A stretch of 63,155 nucleotides of DNA, filler included, from Octopus bimaculoides (GCF_001194135.2; 6 parts of 6 records of this genome joined end to end with filler, not necessarily neighbours in it); one strand, 5' to 3'. Counted from the first letter of the whole stretch, positions 13,137-26,025 are shown. Notes: generated by a model from the letters alone, not told the origin. A program made the numbers and translations.

Positions 13137-13236
13137 NNNNNNNNNNNNNNNNNNNNNNNNNNNNNNNNNNNNNNNNNNNNTTAATTAATTAANNNNNNNN
13201 NNNNNNNNNNNNNNNNNNNNNNNNNNNNNNNNNNNN
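13137..13236. other. Assembly spacer: 44 N + TTAATTAATTAA + 44 N (also 35398-35497, 37563-37662, 58811-58910, 60701-60800)
   Basis: The same 100-bp construct occurs five times; the 12-mer is palindromic and gives stop codons in all six frames. Confidence 0.95.
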
Positions 13237-13296
13237 CTTGGCAAAATTGTTAATTATTAATTCTATTATTAATTGACGATTCCCTGCCCTTATTCT

Positions 13297-13354
<58 letters not shown>

Positions 13355-13828
13355 TACATGCTTGGTTGTGTGATTAAGAAGTTATCTTCTCAATCATGTG
13401 CTTTCAAGTGAATTATATTGCAGAGCAACTTGGGTATATATCTTCTGTTATGGCTCCAAGTCAGCCAAAGCCTTTGTTAGATGGAGACTGAAAGAATCCT
13501 ATTGTGTGTATATATATATGTATGAACATGTGAGTGTTTATGTCTTCTTGTCTTGATGTTGGACAGAGGTTGTAAATGAACTTACCCATTATCCAAGTGA
13601 TGTTTGTTTCCAATCTTCTGTGAAAACATGTCAGGCCATGGGGAAATATTACTTGCTTGGAAACTGGTGAGGGTTGGCAACAGGAAGGGCATTTGTTACT
13701 TGAAAATCTGTCTCAACAAATTTCATCTGACCTATTCAAGCATGCAGAAATGAACATTAAAATAATGATGTGTGCATATATATATATAGATGTGTATGTG
13801 TTTATATATCTATATACACATACATATA

Positions 13829-14205
13829 GGCGCAGGAGTGGCTGTGTGGTAAGTAGCTTTCTTACCAACCACATGGTTCCGGGTTCAGTCTCACTGCATG
13901 GTACCTCGGGCAAGTGTCTTCTACTATAGCCTTAGGCCGGCGAAAGCCTTGTGAGTGTATTTGGTAGGTGGAAACTGAAAGAAGCCCATCATATATATAT
14001 ATATATGTTTGTGTGTTTGTCCGCCCAACATCACTTGACAACCAATGCTGGTATGTTTACGTCCCTGTAACTTAACAGTTTGGCAAATGAGACCAATAGA
14101 ATAAGTACTAGGCTTACAAAGAATAAGTCTTGGAGTCGATTTGTTCGACTAAAGGCAGTGCTCCAGCATGGGCACAGTCAAATGACTGAAACAAATAAAG
14201 AATAA
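13829..14205 (+). mobile_element. SINE family D, full length
   Basis: Head GGCGCAGGAGTGGCTGTGTGGTAAG...GGGTTCAGTC, internal (TA)n and 3' module. Confidence 0.88.
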
Positions 14206-14583
14206 TAGAATATATCTACATGCATGTGTTTGCATGAGTGTGTGTATGTATGTATATATATTCAAACATGTTTATGTGATTGGGTGCTTGCATTGTACAT
14301 ACATACATACACAATTTAGATTACATTTTCAGTGCTTCAAAGGAAATTTTTGATAGACTTAATGGTTAAGGATTTGCTGGCAGAATTGTTAAAGCCAAAA
14401 TGATTTCTGACATTTTTTTGTGGCTGCTAACATTGACATTCTGAATTCATATTTCACCTAGTTTCAGTTAGCCTTTCATCCCTTCAGGGACAACAAAGTC
14501 AAGTCCCAGCCACATACTAGAGTAGTTGGTATTGACCAACCCCTTCCTTCAAAATTGTTGACCTTGTACCTAAATTAGAAACC

Positions 14584-14602
<19 letters not shown>

Positions 14603-14614
<12 letters not shown>

Positions 14615-14967
14615 GCCTCTGCCTTACCAAAGGTGGAGGTATTGTTTTCAGTTGTGTTTGTTTGTTTGTCCATGGACAAGATATCTCAAAATCTACTGGA
14701 TGGATTCAGATGAAACTTTCAGGGATATTTGGCCTCCTGACCGGCACGAACTGGTTAGATTTTGGAATTGATCCAGTACCAGCCAAGGACTCTAGATTAT
14801 TTTTCCATTTTTTTTTTACTTAATTTTTGAGAGCTGTCAGGTTCATTTTTAGAGAGCAGTCGAGTTCATTTCAGATATTCTCATTTTTAAAATCATCTCC
14901 AGCTAATCATTAAGAGGACGTTGGTGTTGCCTTGGCAGAGGTTTGCATTCTCTGATTGCTCTTGTTA
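14603..14967 (+). mobile_element. Helentron-type non-autonomous element (HINE/DINE-1-like), CpG-decayed
   Basis: 5' palindrome CCTCTGCC..GGTGGAGG, (GTTT)n tract, 3' GGCAGAGG plus a short hairpin. Reverse-complement homolog at 41,700-42,068. Confidence 0.65.
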
Positions 14968-14984
14968 TTATTGTTTTACTACTC

Positions 14985-15256
14985 AGAGCGCTCAGTCTTG
15001 TTTGCTCTGGTAGATTCTGTGAGAGTGGACAGCAGCCTGTTGTCAAAGGTTTCACAGGGTCTCTTTCTGCACATTATAAGCTTTGATACTTGGTTGGTAA
15101 TTATCATGGGAGACATTCAACATCCAAGTACCAACCTCAAAATCCTAGCTGTCTCCAGCAGAGCAGTTGGGGGGGGGGGGTGCTCTGCTCTCATGTCAAT
15201 CTCGATTTCTCTGACATATTTCTCAAACTTGGTTGTTAGTGCTCTGAGTGCCCTTT
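14985..15256 (-). mobile_element. R4/Dong-clade LINE 3' fragment in (TAA)n
   Basis: Minus translation ALRALTTKFEKYVREIEIDMRAEH..TALLETARILRLVLGC* matches the RLE-LINE C-terminus. TAA repeats on both sides. Confidence 0.75.
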
Positions 15257-15260
15257 ATCA

Positions 15261-15301
<41 letters not shown>

Positions 15302-15454
15302 ATATACAATATCATGAGGTTGTTGATTGAAGATATTGTGTCTACTGTTTGTATTGTTTGTCAAGTCGTAACAAGGACCTCAAACAGACAGTGATTTATG
15401 CAATATGCCTGCAGTTCCAAGTAATGCCGACATTATTATTATTATTATTATTAA

Positions 15455-16315
15455 GGTAGCAAGCTGGCAGAATTATTAGCGTACCAAGCAAACTCCTTAG
15501 CAGCACTGCATCTGTTTTTATGTTGAGTTTTAATCCTACCAATGGTGAACCAGGCAAAATCTTTAGCAACATTTTGTCCAGCTTTACATTCTGAATTCAA
15601 ATTCTGCCAAAGTCAACTCTGTCTTTCTTTTTTTTTTTTTTTTTTTTTTTTCAGAGTTAATGAAATAAGTACCAGTTCAGCACTGGGTGGGGGGGGTCAA
15701 TGGAATTAACTAGCTCCCTCCCCCAAAATTTCAGGTTTTGTCCTTGTAGTAGAAAGGATTATTATTATTCTTATTGCTTTGGCTCAAATTTGGTCTTATT
15801 CTTGATAGGATTCATGTAGGTAGCAGGTTACTGCCTATAACCTTAGGTATCCACAAGTTTTCAGCAGTCTTTCAAGTGCTTAGAACCCTCCTGGTAATCC
15901 TTGCTGTCCCTAAGAGACGAACTTTCTGTAGGAGCTCTACCGGGCATTCTATTTCAATCTCCTTCAGCCATTTGCCTGTATTTTTGCTTACTGTTCTCAA
16001 TGCACCAATTATTATTGGCATGACCTTTACTGTTCACATGCTCCAAATTCTTCCTATTTCAAATTTTAAGGGATTGTATTTTGGTGGGGGGTGTCCTCTT
16101 TCTTTACAATCTTGGAATCAAGCAGACATGATGGGTCAATTAGTAAGCAACTTTACTTTTCTTTATCTACAATTGTTATTATTAATTCTGCCGAGGTCAA
16201 CTTTGCCTTTCATCCTTTCAGGGTCAGTTAAGTAAATAGATTACTCACTGAGGTCAATGTAATCCACTTATCCCCAGCTCCCAAATTTCAGGCCTTGTGC
16301 CTATAGTAGAAAGGG

Positions 16316-16362
<47 letters not shown>

Positions 16363-16765
16363 ATGGAGTGCTGGCAGAATTATCAACACTTCAGACAAAA
16401 TGCTTAGTTTTGTATATTCTAGGTTCTATTCCTGCCAGAGTCATTTTTGTCTTTCATTCTTTCAGAGTCAATAAAATTAATTACCAATCAAGTACTGAGG
16501 TCAATGAAATTGACTAAACCCCACTCTCTGTTACTAAAATTCCTAGCCTGGTGCCAACATTTGAAACAATCAGGTGGTGAGATGGCAGAATCGTAAATGT
16601 GTCAGACAAAATGCTTCATGACATTTCTTTACGATTTTTATACGCTGAGATCAACTTTGACTTTCATCCTTTCAAGGACTGATTAAAAAAGCACCAGTTA
16701 CTGGGGGAGTAGGTCAATGTAATCAATTTCCTCAGGTTTTGTGTCAAAATTCAAAACCATCATTA
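15455..16765 (+). mobile_element. Cluster of four decayed family B SINEs (~15455-15760, 16180-16320, 16360-16570, 16572-16765) around the R4 fragment
   Basis: Each carries GGTCAACTTTG.CTTTCATCCTTTCAGGG..AAGTACCAG variants with CpG decay. Confidence 0.75.
15775..16085 (-). mobile_element. R4/Dong-clade LINE 3' fragment (second subfamily)
   Basis: Minus translation KYNPLKFEIGRIWSM*TVKVMPIIIGALRTVSKNTGKWLKEIEIECPVELLQKVRLLGTARITRRVLST*; (TAA)n tail. Confidence 0.8.
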
Positions 16766-17625
16766 TACATGTATACCTTCATATGTATATATGTATATGT
16801 CTATATACATATATATGTGTGTGTGTGTGTGTGTATGTATGCCATGTGCCAAAATTTGAAATTAGTATTTTTATTTTTTTGTATGATTTTTTTTTTGTTC
16901 TTGAGTTAGGTTTCTGCATACAACACCTTTGTAATTCAAAACAAAAGACAAAATATAAGAGATTTATAAAGCATATGATATATACTTTTATTTTCTAAAG
17001 AAAATTTAATCCTTCATGTCACTATATGATATCAACTTCAACCTTTGTATCAAACTTTGCTGGTTTACAGCATCTTATTCACAGTTGTCGACTCTTCCTG
17101 CCAAAAAAAAAACATGTAATCATTGGTGTTTTTTCTTTTTCTTTTTTGCTTGTACTTCTATGATTGTTCTTGTGTTTTTAAAATGAAATTTTTTTTCAAA
17201 ATCAGCAGATAATTGAAAACTCATAACACAACCTTAAGACTCTAAATTTCTAAATTTCAGTTATGTCTTTTTCCAACAATAGATTATTGTTTTTATTTTC
17301 CAATATGTGCTACAAACTTTAAATCCTCATGAATTCTCAAATCCGTTTTTCATATGGAGTAAAAAGAAGAGCTTATTAAAGTGTGTATGGGTGGATTATT
17401 GGACATGTGTGTTTGTTTTGACTGTTCGGTTAACTAAATTGCTATAAGTTTTATAATTTACAAACTTTTTTGGAAGAATATATTCTCTCATAGAACATTT
17501 ACCTCCTTACTCTTCAAAAAGAAACAATACTAAAATTTTACAAATATCAGATTGTTTCTGTCTATAACTATATATGTGTGTGTGTGTAGACATGTTCATT
17601 ATATATATATATACTTTATCTGTAA

Positions 17626-17763
17626 GTTAACAAGGCTACCAATACTTTCATATGAAGCGATCTTCACAACTGTTCAAGCTTGTCAAATGAAAGTGTTAGT
17701 ACTCAGCACACTTGAACAATTGTAAAGATCCCTTCACATGAAACCTTTGGTAGCCTTGTTAAC
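17626..17763. mobile_element. Fold-back element with 53-bp arms and a 32-nt loop
   Basis: GTTAACAAGGCTACCAA...CTGTTCAAG versus CTTGAACAATTG...TTGGTAGCCTTGTTAAC. Confidence 0.8.
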
Positions 17764-18504
17764 CCACAAATAAAGAATACAAATGCAGTGCTGAACATTC
17801 ATTCTCACTGTTTGATATTAGCATATAATATACATATGTATATAGCCGGCTGCCAACACTTTTTTCTGCAAAATAGGGGTAGCTTATCCTGTTCAGGCTA
17901 TATTATTAGCATTATCCTGCATTTGAGAATTTAAAAATCCCTTCTTTAACTTTCTAAGACATCTCAATGCTTCTAAAGCAAACTTCATTTGTTTGTTTAC
18001 GTTCATCGTAATTTGAATTTAACATATATATATATATATATATAAGAGAGAGAGAGTATTTTTTGTGTGTGTAGTGAGGTGTACAACTACTACTGGTGAG
18101 TTTAGAGCTCCGTGTGGAATAAAGTGGTGTGGTTACTATTGTACTTGGTAGTATTACTGATTATGATATACAGAACAAATGTAGAGAAAAATATATGAGA
18201 AACACAAGTTGCAGTTTACATCATTTTGATTTTCCCTGTGGACATTTTACCATTGTGTTTACTTGCATCTTCAGAAGTGGATGTTCCAAGTGCAAATGGA
18301 TGCTAAACCACAACAGTTCATCAGGGAAACACTTTATTGCATTGTGTTTACACAGATCAAATGCTTATAAACTGCATCTTTTGTTTATCATATTTTATTT
18401 ATATGTATAGTACATTATATATATATATATATATATATAGTTTACTGCTCCATGATGGTCAGATCAACAAGTACTCCATTTGGTGGGAGATAAATATTAT
18501 TTAA

Positions 18505-18765
18505 TAAACACAGTATATATTTTTTTATGAGCATGTGGTGAAAACAAGTCAGACATGTTTGGTGCCTTCACACAATCCTCAGAGCCCGAGGATCGCATGA
18601 AGGCACCAGACATGTTATAAAATGCTATCTGAGTTGTTTTCATTGCATGAAACTATTAGTAGTTCATGAAAATATATACTGTGTTATAAGTGTGTGTCTA
18701 CTTACATGCAAGCATATAGATGCAAAACAAGGTGTAGAAAATGGCACTTATATACCAAGACTAGA
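18505..18765. mobile_element. Fold-back element centred on a 28-bp-stem hairpin (18,554-18,616)
   Basis: ACATGTTTGGTGCCTTCACACAATCCTC-AGAGCCC-GAGGATCGCATGAAGGCACCAGACATGT. Outer arms also match (AACACAGTATATATTTT / AAAATATATACTGTGTT). Most mismatches are CpG transitions. Confidence 0.75.
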
Positions 18766-18808
18766 GTAAAATAGTGTTTTATTGATGCTGAAAATATTTT
18801 ACAAATTG

Positions 18809-21569
18809 TTACTCAGAGTTTCATCAGACAGCCATGATTTTTTTAAACAATAAAATTGTTTGTAAATGTTTATAAACAATACTGTGATAATTATTTAGTA
18901 ATTCATCAAACATTTAAAGCTGATTGGAAGGGTGTTATTACTTTTGAAAATAACAGGAATCAGTTGGATGAAAACAACTGAACATTGATAAAAAACATAA
19001 ACATGAGCCTTAAACAAACTTTTATTTCCTTTAAGGAGCACAAAGTTAGTTTTAGTGTAGGCTTTATAAACCTGGTGATGACTGAAATAAATATAATTTA
19101 TTTCAGATTTTGCCTTATTTAGGAATAGAAATGTTATAGAACTCCCCTTATGTGGAAAAAAGATGTCTGTTATAAACTGGTTTAAGAACATTAACTATAA
19201 ACAGAATTGTAGATTTACTCAATTTGATATGGTGAACTTTTGCCTGTCTACAATAAGACCTCTGTTACTAAAAGTCCCGAATTTTGCTAAAAGCATATGT
19301 ACCCATCAGTGACTCAGATATTGATATCATCCTGCTTGCCAGGAAATCATTGCTGTTTTTCCATTGCTCTACCTGAGTTACAAAAAATGGCAATTGTTCA
19401 ATGGATGCATATGATGGATCAAAATTATATATGCTTAAAGAGACATATATTCTGGATTGTTTACATACAGAGTTCCCATATTTAAGTGTGAGTGTATAAA
19501 GGGATGATGGCCTTGTTATTATCAGCAATATGAATGGGTATTAGCTTGGTAGACTCGGGAAGAATCTTTTTGCATTTTTCCAGCATATTATGGGCTTAAG
19601 GAATTCATTTGACACAGACATTGGTAGTGTCAACTTTTTAGATATCACTTTACATCTTCAATCTCACAGTTTTAGACCTTATCGCAAGCTGAATGAAAGG
19701 TTGTTTTATATTAAGAATCCTGAGCACCCGCCCTGTATGCTTTAAAAATATAGTCCATAATAAAGCTGATTGGATTTTCCATTTGTCATCAGATGAGGTG
19801 GGTTTCAGCATAGTCTCTTCTTCCTATATTGATGCTTTTAGGAATTGCAAATTCTCCAAGCAGATCCATGACATTGGCATTAAAAATAATCCCAAGAGAT
19901 CCTACAGAACTAGAACTAGAACTAGAATGGTTCAGCCCAACATTTAGTATGAATGTCAAAACAAAATGTAGCAAGAGAATTTCAAAATTTATTATCTAGG
20001 CATTTCTCCAGGGGGCCACAAGTATTATAGAATATTTAACAGAAGAACTCTGAAGATTAAGTATTCTTGCTGTAAAAATTTTGCCATATTTGTTAACCAG
20101 CATAATCTAAGTAGACTTGATACATCTAATGGATGTGATGACAACCCTAAGTGCAATTATAAAGATCCTACTAACTGACCAATCAAAGAATTTGTATATA
20201 GGGTATCCAGGTTGGTCATAGCCCTGTATAAAAAAACTTACACTGGAATCACAGAAAACAGCTTCTAGATGAGATTTTGTCTACACAAAAATTCCTTGAA
20301 ATACCAGAAAAAAGGTTATCAATATGTTTCTCAAAATGCATGGCAATTGAAAGAAATTGGCTTTGCTCCTTTCAAAATTGAATGGTTTGAAAGAGAAAGC
20401 CCATACAGGCATGGTTCCTACCACCACTCTATGAAATGCCCATTATACTAAGCAAAAAATATTTCAGCCTATTTTAAGACAAATTAGCCTTGTACTATAA
20501 ATCTAAATTATTGAACTGTTGTAGGAATTCTTCAAAATTTCTGATTTCAAGGCCTTCGCCACCAAATGATTAATATATTGCCATTTCTCATTATTGTATA
20601 TGTTTCACTCTTTTTTTTTCTCTGGATATGCTGGAAGTATTTTTCGTAGTTTTGAACTTGATGTGTTTTCTTCTGACTGTCGCATTCAATCTTTTTTTAT
20701 AATTTTATAAGTTTTTTGATTTTGTCTAATTTTTTATAAACCAGAATATAGGTTATGCACACATTTATCATATATTATTGTATTTTATATTATTTTGTTG
20801 CTCATTTAAAAAAAAATTATCACTCCTACCTTGAATTAATTAGATTGATTCTTACCATGTTCTTACATATTTCAGAATTAGATTTCATGTTTTATTTTGA
20901 TCAGCCATTTTTCTGTATGTGTCCATTTTTTCCGTTTGTTTTTTTGGGTGTTTTTTTTATGTTCCATCTTGGCATACTTCATTAATAATACTTTTTGGTC
21001 TTTATCTATTTAATTTCTCTAGCTTATGTGTACTTTCTCCTCCCTCAATTTGTTTTTCCATATTTGATACAACTTGTCAATTGTGACTGCTATGTCATCC
21101 TCTTTACCTTTACTTTTTCTTCTCTACCCCCATTTTTCTGTTTTTCTCTTTGTTTCCTACCTGTCCTAAACAATCCTCCACACCCGTACTTCTTTAGAGC
21201 AAGCTTACTTATTTATTTATTATTTACATTGCTACTCATTGTCCTTGTCTTCATTTTGATTTTTTTCTTTAATATACATTTTCTCACTCTTGATATCTGA
21301 AGGGGCTTTTTTCCCCATTGCCTATTATACCTATTTCCATGTTTGTAGGCAATTCATGTGCTTCAGTTCTTTCTTTTTTCATCAAAAGTCAATCATTTTC
21401 ATCTAACAGATTCCTGTTATTTTGAAAAGTAATAACACGCTGTCTTTCAAATGTTTATTTGATGAGTAACTAAATTATTATCAGTGTTGCTTATAAACAT
21501 TTACAAACTAACATATTGTACAAAGCACACATATCTGCTTGATTATCTGTTCTGTGAAACTCTGAGTAA
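18809..21569 (+). mobile_element. Penelope-like retroelement bounded by ~200-bp inverted repeats
   Basis: Arms 18,809-19,005 and 21,355-21,569 are reverse complements (40/44 identity for 18,931-18,974 versus 21,396-21,439) and enclose an RT plus GIY-YIG relic. Confidence 0.7.
19012..20480 (+). pseudogene. Degraded Penelope-like RT plus GIY-YIG endonuclease ORF (Naiad-like by motif)
   Basis: Motifs across frames: ISFKEHK; VINWFKNI..KQNCRFTQFDMVNF; DIDIILLARKSLLFF; RDDGL; VNFLDITL; RPYRK; RTRTRMV..PTFSMNVKT; RIFNRRTLKIKYSCC; KTYTGITENSF*MRF..HKNS; WQLKE..FKIEW. Many stops and frameshifts. Confidence 0.85.
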
Positions 21570-21589
21570 TAGTAAATTGTTATATATGT

Positions 21590-21808
21590 AAGGTGGCAAG
21601 CTGGCAGAAACTTTAGCACGCCGGGCAAAATGCTTAGCAGTATTTTGTCTGTCTTTACATTCTGAGTTTAAATTCTGCTGAGGTCAACTTTGCCTTTCAT
21701 CCTTTCAGGGTCAATAAATTAAGTACCAGTTACATACAGGGATCAATCAAATCAACTGGTTCCCTCCCCAAAAATTTCAGGCCTTGTGCCAGAGTAGGAA
21801 AAAAAGAA
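21590..21808 (+). mobile_element. SINE family B, CpG-decayed
   Basis: Colinear with 10,452-10,682; only 2 CpGs remain. Confidence 0.88.
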
Positions 21809-21840
21809 TTGTTATATATGTATAAGCATATGATCATACA

Positions 21841-21889
<49 letters not shown>

Positions 21890-22747
21890 TTAAGGAATGG
21901 AGTAAACGCATGTTATAACTGCATACTTTATTCCNNNNNNNNNNNNNNNNNNNNNNNNNNNNNNNNNNNNNNNNNNNNNNNNNNNNNNNNNNNNNNNNNN
22001 NNNNNNNNNNNNNNNNNNNNNNNNNNNNNNNNNNNNNNNNNNNNNNNNNNNNNNNNNNNNNNNNNNNNNNNNNNNNNNNNNNNNNNNNNNNNNNNNNNNN
22101 NNNNNNNNNNNNNNNNNNNNNNNNNNNNNNNNNNNNNNNNNNNNNNNNNNNNNNNNNNNNNNNNNNNNNNNNNNNNNNNNNNNNNNNNNNNNNNNNNNNN
22201 NNNNNNNNNNNNNNNNNNNNNNNNNNNNNNNNNNNNNNNNNNNNNNNNNNNNNNNNNNNNNNNNNNNNNNNNNNNNNNNNNNNNNNNNNNNNNNNNNNNN
22301 NNNNNNNNNNNNNNNNNNNNNNNNNNNNNNNNNNNNNNNNNNNNNNNNNNNNNNNNNNNNNNNNNNNNNNNNNNNNNNNNNNNNNNNNNNNNNNNNNNNN
22401 NNNNNNNNNNNNNNNNNNNNNNNNNNNNNNNNNNNNNNNNNNNNNNNNNNNNNNNNNNNNNNNNNNNNNNNNNNNNNNNNNNNNNNNNNNNNNNNNNNNN
22501 NNNNNNNNNNNNNNNNNNNNNNNNNNNNNNNNNNNNNNNNNNNNNNNNNNNNNNNNNNNNNNNNNNNNNNNNNNNNNNNNNNNNNNNNNNNNNNNNNNNN
22601 NNNNNNNNNNNNNNNNNNNNNNNNNNNNNNNNNNNNNNNNNNNNNNNNNNNNNNNNNNNNNNNNNNNNNNNNNNNNNNNNNNNNNNNNNNNNNNNNNNNN
22701 NNNNNNNNNNNNNNNNNNNNNNNNNNNNNNNNNNNNNNNNNNNNNNN

Positions 22748-22797
<50 letters not shown>

Positions 22798-22853
22798 GCG
22801 CACACACAAACACCCACACAAAATATATCTGTATGTTTATGTGTATAATATAT

Positions 22854-22890
<37 letters not shown>

Positions 22891-23104
22891 TATAAATATG
22901 CACACACACACACACACACACACAGCACAAACACACAACTTTATGTATGGTAGTATAGCTCCTAAACAGAGAAGGACATGTTCAATAGAAATTGAATTTG
23001 TGACATTTTTTGTTTTTTTAAAACCATAGTCTCCAGTAATTAAAACCAGGAAATTCACAGAAATTTTCCAATAATAATGGTGGCGTTGATAATAATAATA
23101 ATAA

Positions 23105-23666
23105 ATGTCCTGATGCAGTATCAGATAGTGGCTATGCTCCAATGCACTACCAGGCAATGGCTGTCATGGCTTCTGATCTTAACTAACTGAAAGTATTATC
23201 ATGTATATTGTTTTGGTATAAAAGATAGGCTATAGCAAATATTCTGTTCAATACCACAGATTTGCTTGTCAGTTGTTTGACCATAACCAGTTAAGCATGT
23301 CCCTTAGTGGCTGAAGATATGTGCATCTCTGATCACGAGCAGAGGTAATGGGGGAGCATCATAGTTATGTGTTGAGAAGAATTCACCTCTGGAAACATGT
23401 GTGTTTCATTCAACATCCTTAAACAAATCCTTATTCAGGGACCTTTTGAGTAGGATGGGCTACATGACCTGAAGAAAATTCTAACTGGGCCCCACCTGCA
23501 GGATCATGTGCTGTTTATCTTGGTATGAGATCACCATGTTGTGCACATATGGTTGTGATGCATGTGCCTGGTGTACCCTTATCAGACGGGTAGTCATGAT
23601 GGGTCTACTGGGCTTCATATATTTTACCCCAGTGTCACTTTGATGGCATGCACTGCTCTCTCACTC

Positions 23667-23695
<29 letters not shown>
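23105..23695 (+). mobile_element. (AAT)n-tailed retroposon (SINE or R4 3' UTR) inserted in (TAA)n
   Basis: Non-coding 590-bp unit ending CACTCAATAATAATAAT; ATAATAATAAATGT occurs on both sides. Confidence 0.5.
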
Positions 23696-23697
<2 letters not shown>

Positions 23698-24273
23698 GTT
23701 TAGACGTAATCAAGATACAGGCACTATTTCTGGAGCAACTCTGCCTGGCTTTTTATTGAAATGATGGTTTAGAATTAGAGGAAATGTTTAGTTTGAAAAA
23801 AAACAAAAAAATATTACACGCGTGCACACACACACACACACATGTATATTTATATGTACACATACATACTAAATCATAATACGAAAATTCCACAATACAA
23901 GGTTAATTTCATGGCCAGTAGTAGTATGTTGTGCACGTGTGCATATATATATATGCACAATCACACACCCTGTATACACTCTGTATATAGGATGTGTCAG
24001 CTCTTTTAGGTCATTTGTATGAATTTAGAAAAAGACTCATAGCTCATCAAAGAAAAGCTATATTTGAAAACAAACTGGTACAAATAATCTAGAGAATCCT
24101 TTTATCACAACTATTCAATGAATCCACTGTTAGCACCAATGGCTGTTTCTAATGGGGTCAGAAGTGTTGACATGCCTGAATCAGATGATTATAGGAAGAA
24201 ATTTCTTCCCATAATAATATTGTATATGATTTGAGATGCTTACCTTACCTTAATGTCTGCTATCCTGTTTAAC

Positions 24274-24315
<42 letters not shown>

Positions 24316-24993
24316 NNNNNNNNNNNNNNNNNNNNNNNNNNNNNNNNNNNNNNNNNNNNNNNNNNNNNNNNNNNNNNNNNNNNNNNNNNNNNNNNNNNNN
24401 NNNNNNNNNNNNNNNNNNNNNNNNNNNNNNNNNNNNNNNNNNNNNNNNNNNNNNNNNNNNNNNNNNNNNNNNNNNNNNNNNNNNNNNNNNNNNNNNNNNN
24501 NNNNNNNNNNNNNNNNNNNNNNNNNNNNNNNNNNNNNNNNNNNNNNNNNNNNNNNNNNNNNNNNNNNNNNNNNNNNNNNNNNNNNNNNNNNNTATATATG
24601 CATATAACTATAGATAGATAGATAGATTGACATGCTCATTTGTATATTGTCATTATCAAGTATCAAACGATTTTTACAGTGCATTGGTAACACTACAACA
24701 AAAGTCTTCCCAATTTAGCGTGAGTTCTCCCATCAGATGAAGCCACAGCATTACCACACACTGACTTTCGGTTTGCCATTTCCTTCCCTAACTAGATGAT
24801 CTTTGACCCACAATGAACTCATCCATCTTTTTTTTTATCTTGCTGGGTGACCAGACATCTACTTCACAATAGTAGCACACTACTCAGGTCGGGGAGCCAG
24901 TTTAGTCAACCATGGAACAAATAGTACATGGTGCCACCAGTAGCAGTTCTCATCAGACTGTGATGAGAGCCCTGACTTGACTTTGACATTTGC

Positions 24994-25030
<37 letters not shown>

Positions 25031-25031
25031 A

Positions 25032-26025
25032 AAGGCGATGAGCTGGCTGAATTCAAAATGCTTAGCAGCATTTCATCCATCTTCACGTTCTGAGTTCAAG
25101 TTCTGCCAAGGTCATCTTCGCCTTTCAACCTTTCAGGGTCAATAAAATAAGTACCAGTTGAACACCAGGGTTAATGTAATTGGTTTACCCTTCACTCAAT
25201 ATTGCTGGCCTTGTGCCAGAATGTGAAACCAATGTATATAATATATGTATGTTTATATGTATAGATTGTATAATGTTCATGTATAATATATAAATCATAA
25301 GTAAATATGTGTGTGTGTTAGCATGAGTATATATGTATATGTATGTATGTGTGTGTGTTTATTCTTTTATTAGTTCCAGCCCAACCTTCACCTATAGGAA
25401 ACACTACCGTGTGTGTATTCTTTTACTAGTTCCAGCCCAAGCTACTCCTATAGGAAACACTACCTCTGCTATTGCTACTGTTTCTAAAGACCTCCAATAG
25501 ACAATAGATTCAGTGTAGCTATCATAGTTGCATATCCCTCTGATATGAGGCTTAGACAAGTAAATCAGTCAAATTGCATGCAGAAATACAAATCCAGTCT
25601 TAACGGGGTGACACCAATGTGCTACACACAAGAAATGCACATTTCCTCTTCCTTGCATAAATCAGCTTCATACTCATAGACATTTCCATATAGATAAACG
25701 TATATATGAATATGTGCATGTGTGTATAGGTATGTATACTAGTAATTACAAATGTAAAGTTATATATATGTGTGTATGTGTATGCACGCACATACACATA
25801 CATACATATAATGGCAGTGAGCTCACAGAATCATTAGCATGGTAGATAAAATGCTTAGCAGTATTTCGTTCATTCTCACATTCTGAATTCAAATTCTGTT
25901 GAAGTCAACTTTGCTTTTCATCCTTTCAGGGTTGATAAAATAAGTACCAGTTGAGCACTGGGGTCAATGTAATCAACTCACTCCTCCCCAAAATTGCTGG
26001 CCATATGCTTTAATTTGAAGCCAAT
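25032..26025 (+). mobile_element. Two decayed family B SINEs (25,032-25,232 and 25,812-26,025)
   Basis: Meta-like core and tRNA-like head with CpG decay. Confidence 0.8.
25353..25464. repeat. 56-bp tandem duplication
   Basis: Two units GTGTGT.TATTCTTTTA.TAGTTCCAGCCCAA....CCTATAGGAAACACTACC at 25,353 and 25,409. Confidence 0.9.

Noticed and set aside
13181-13192. TTAATTAATTAA repeated five times, suggesting a regulatory or CRISPR-like repeat
   Set aside because: It is always centred in exactly 44+44 N, so it is an assembler-inserted six-frame stop spacer.
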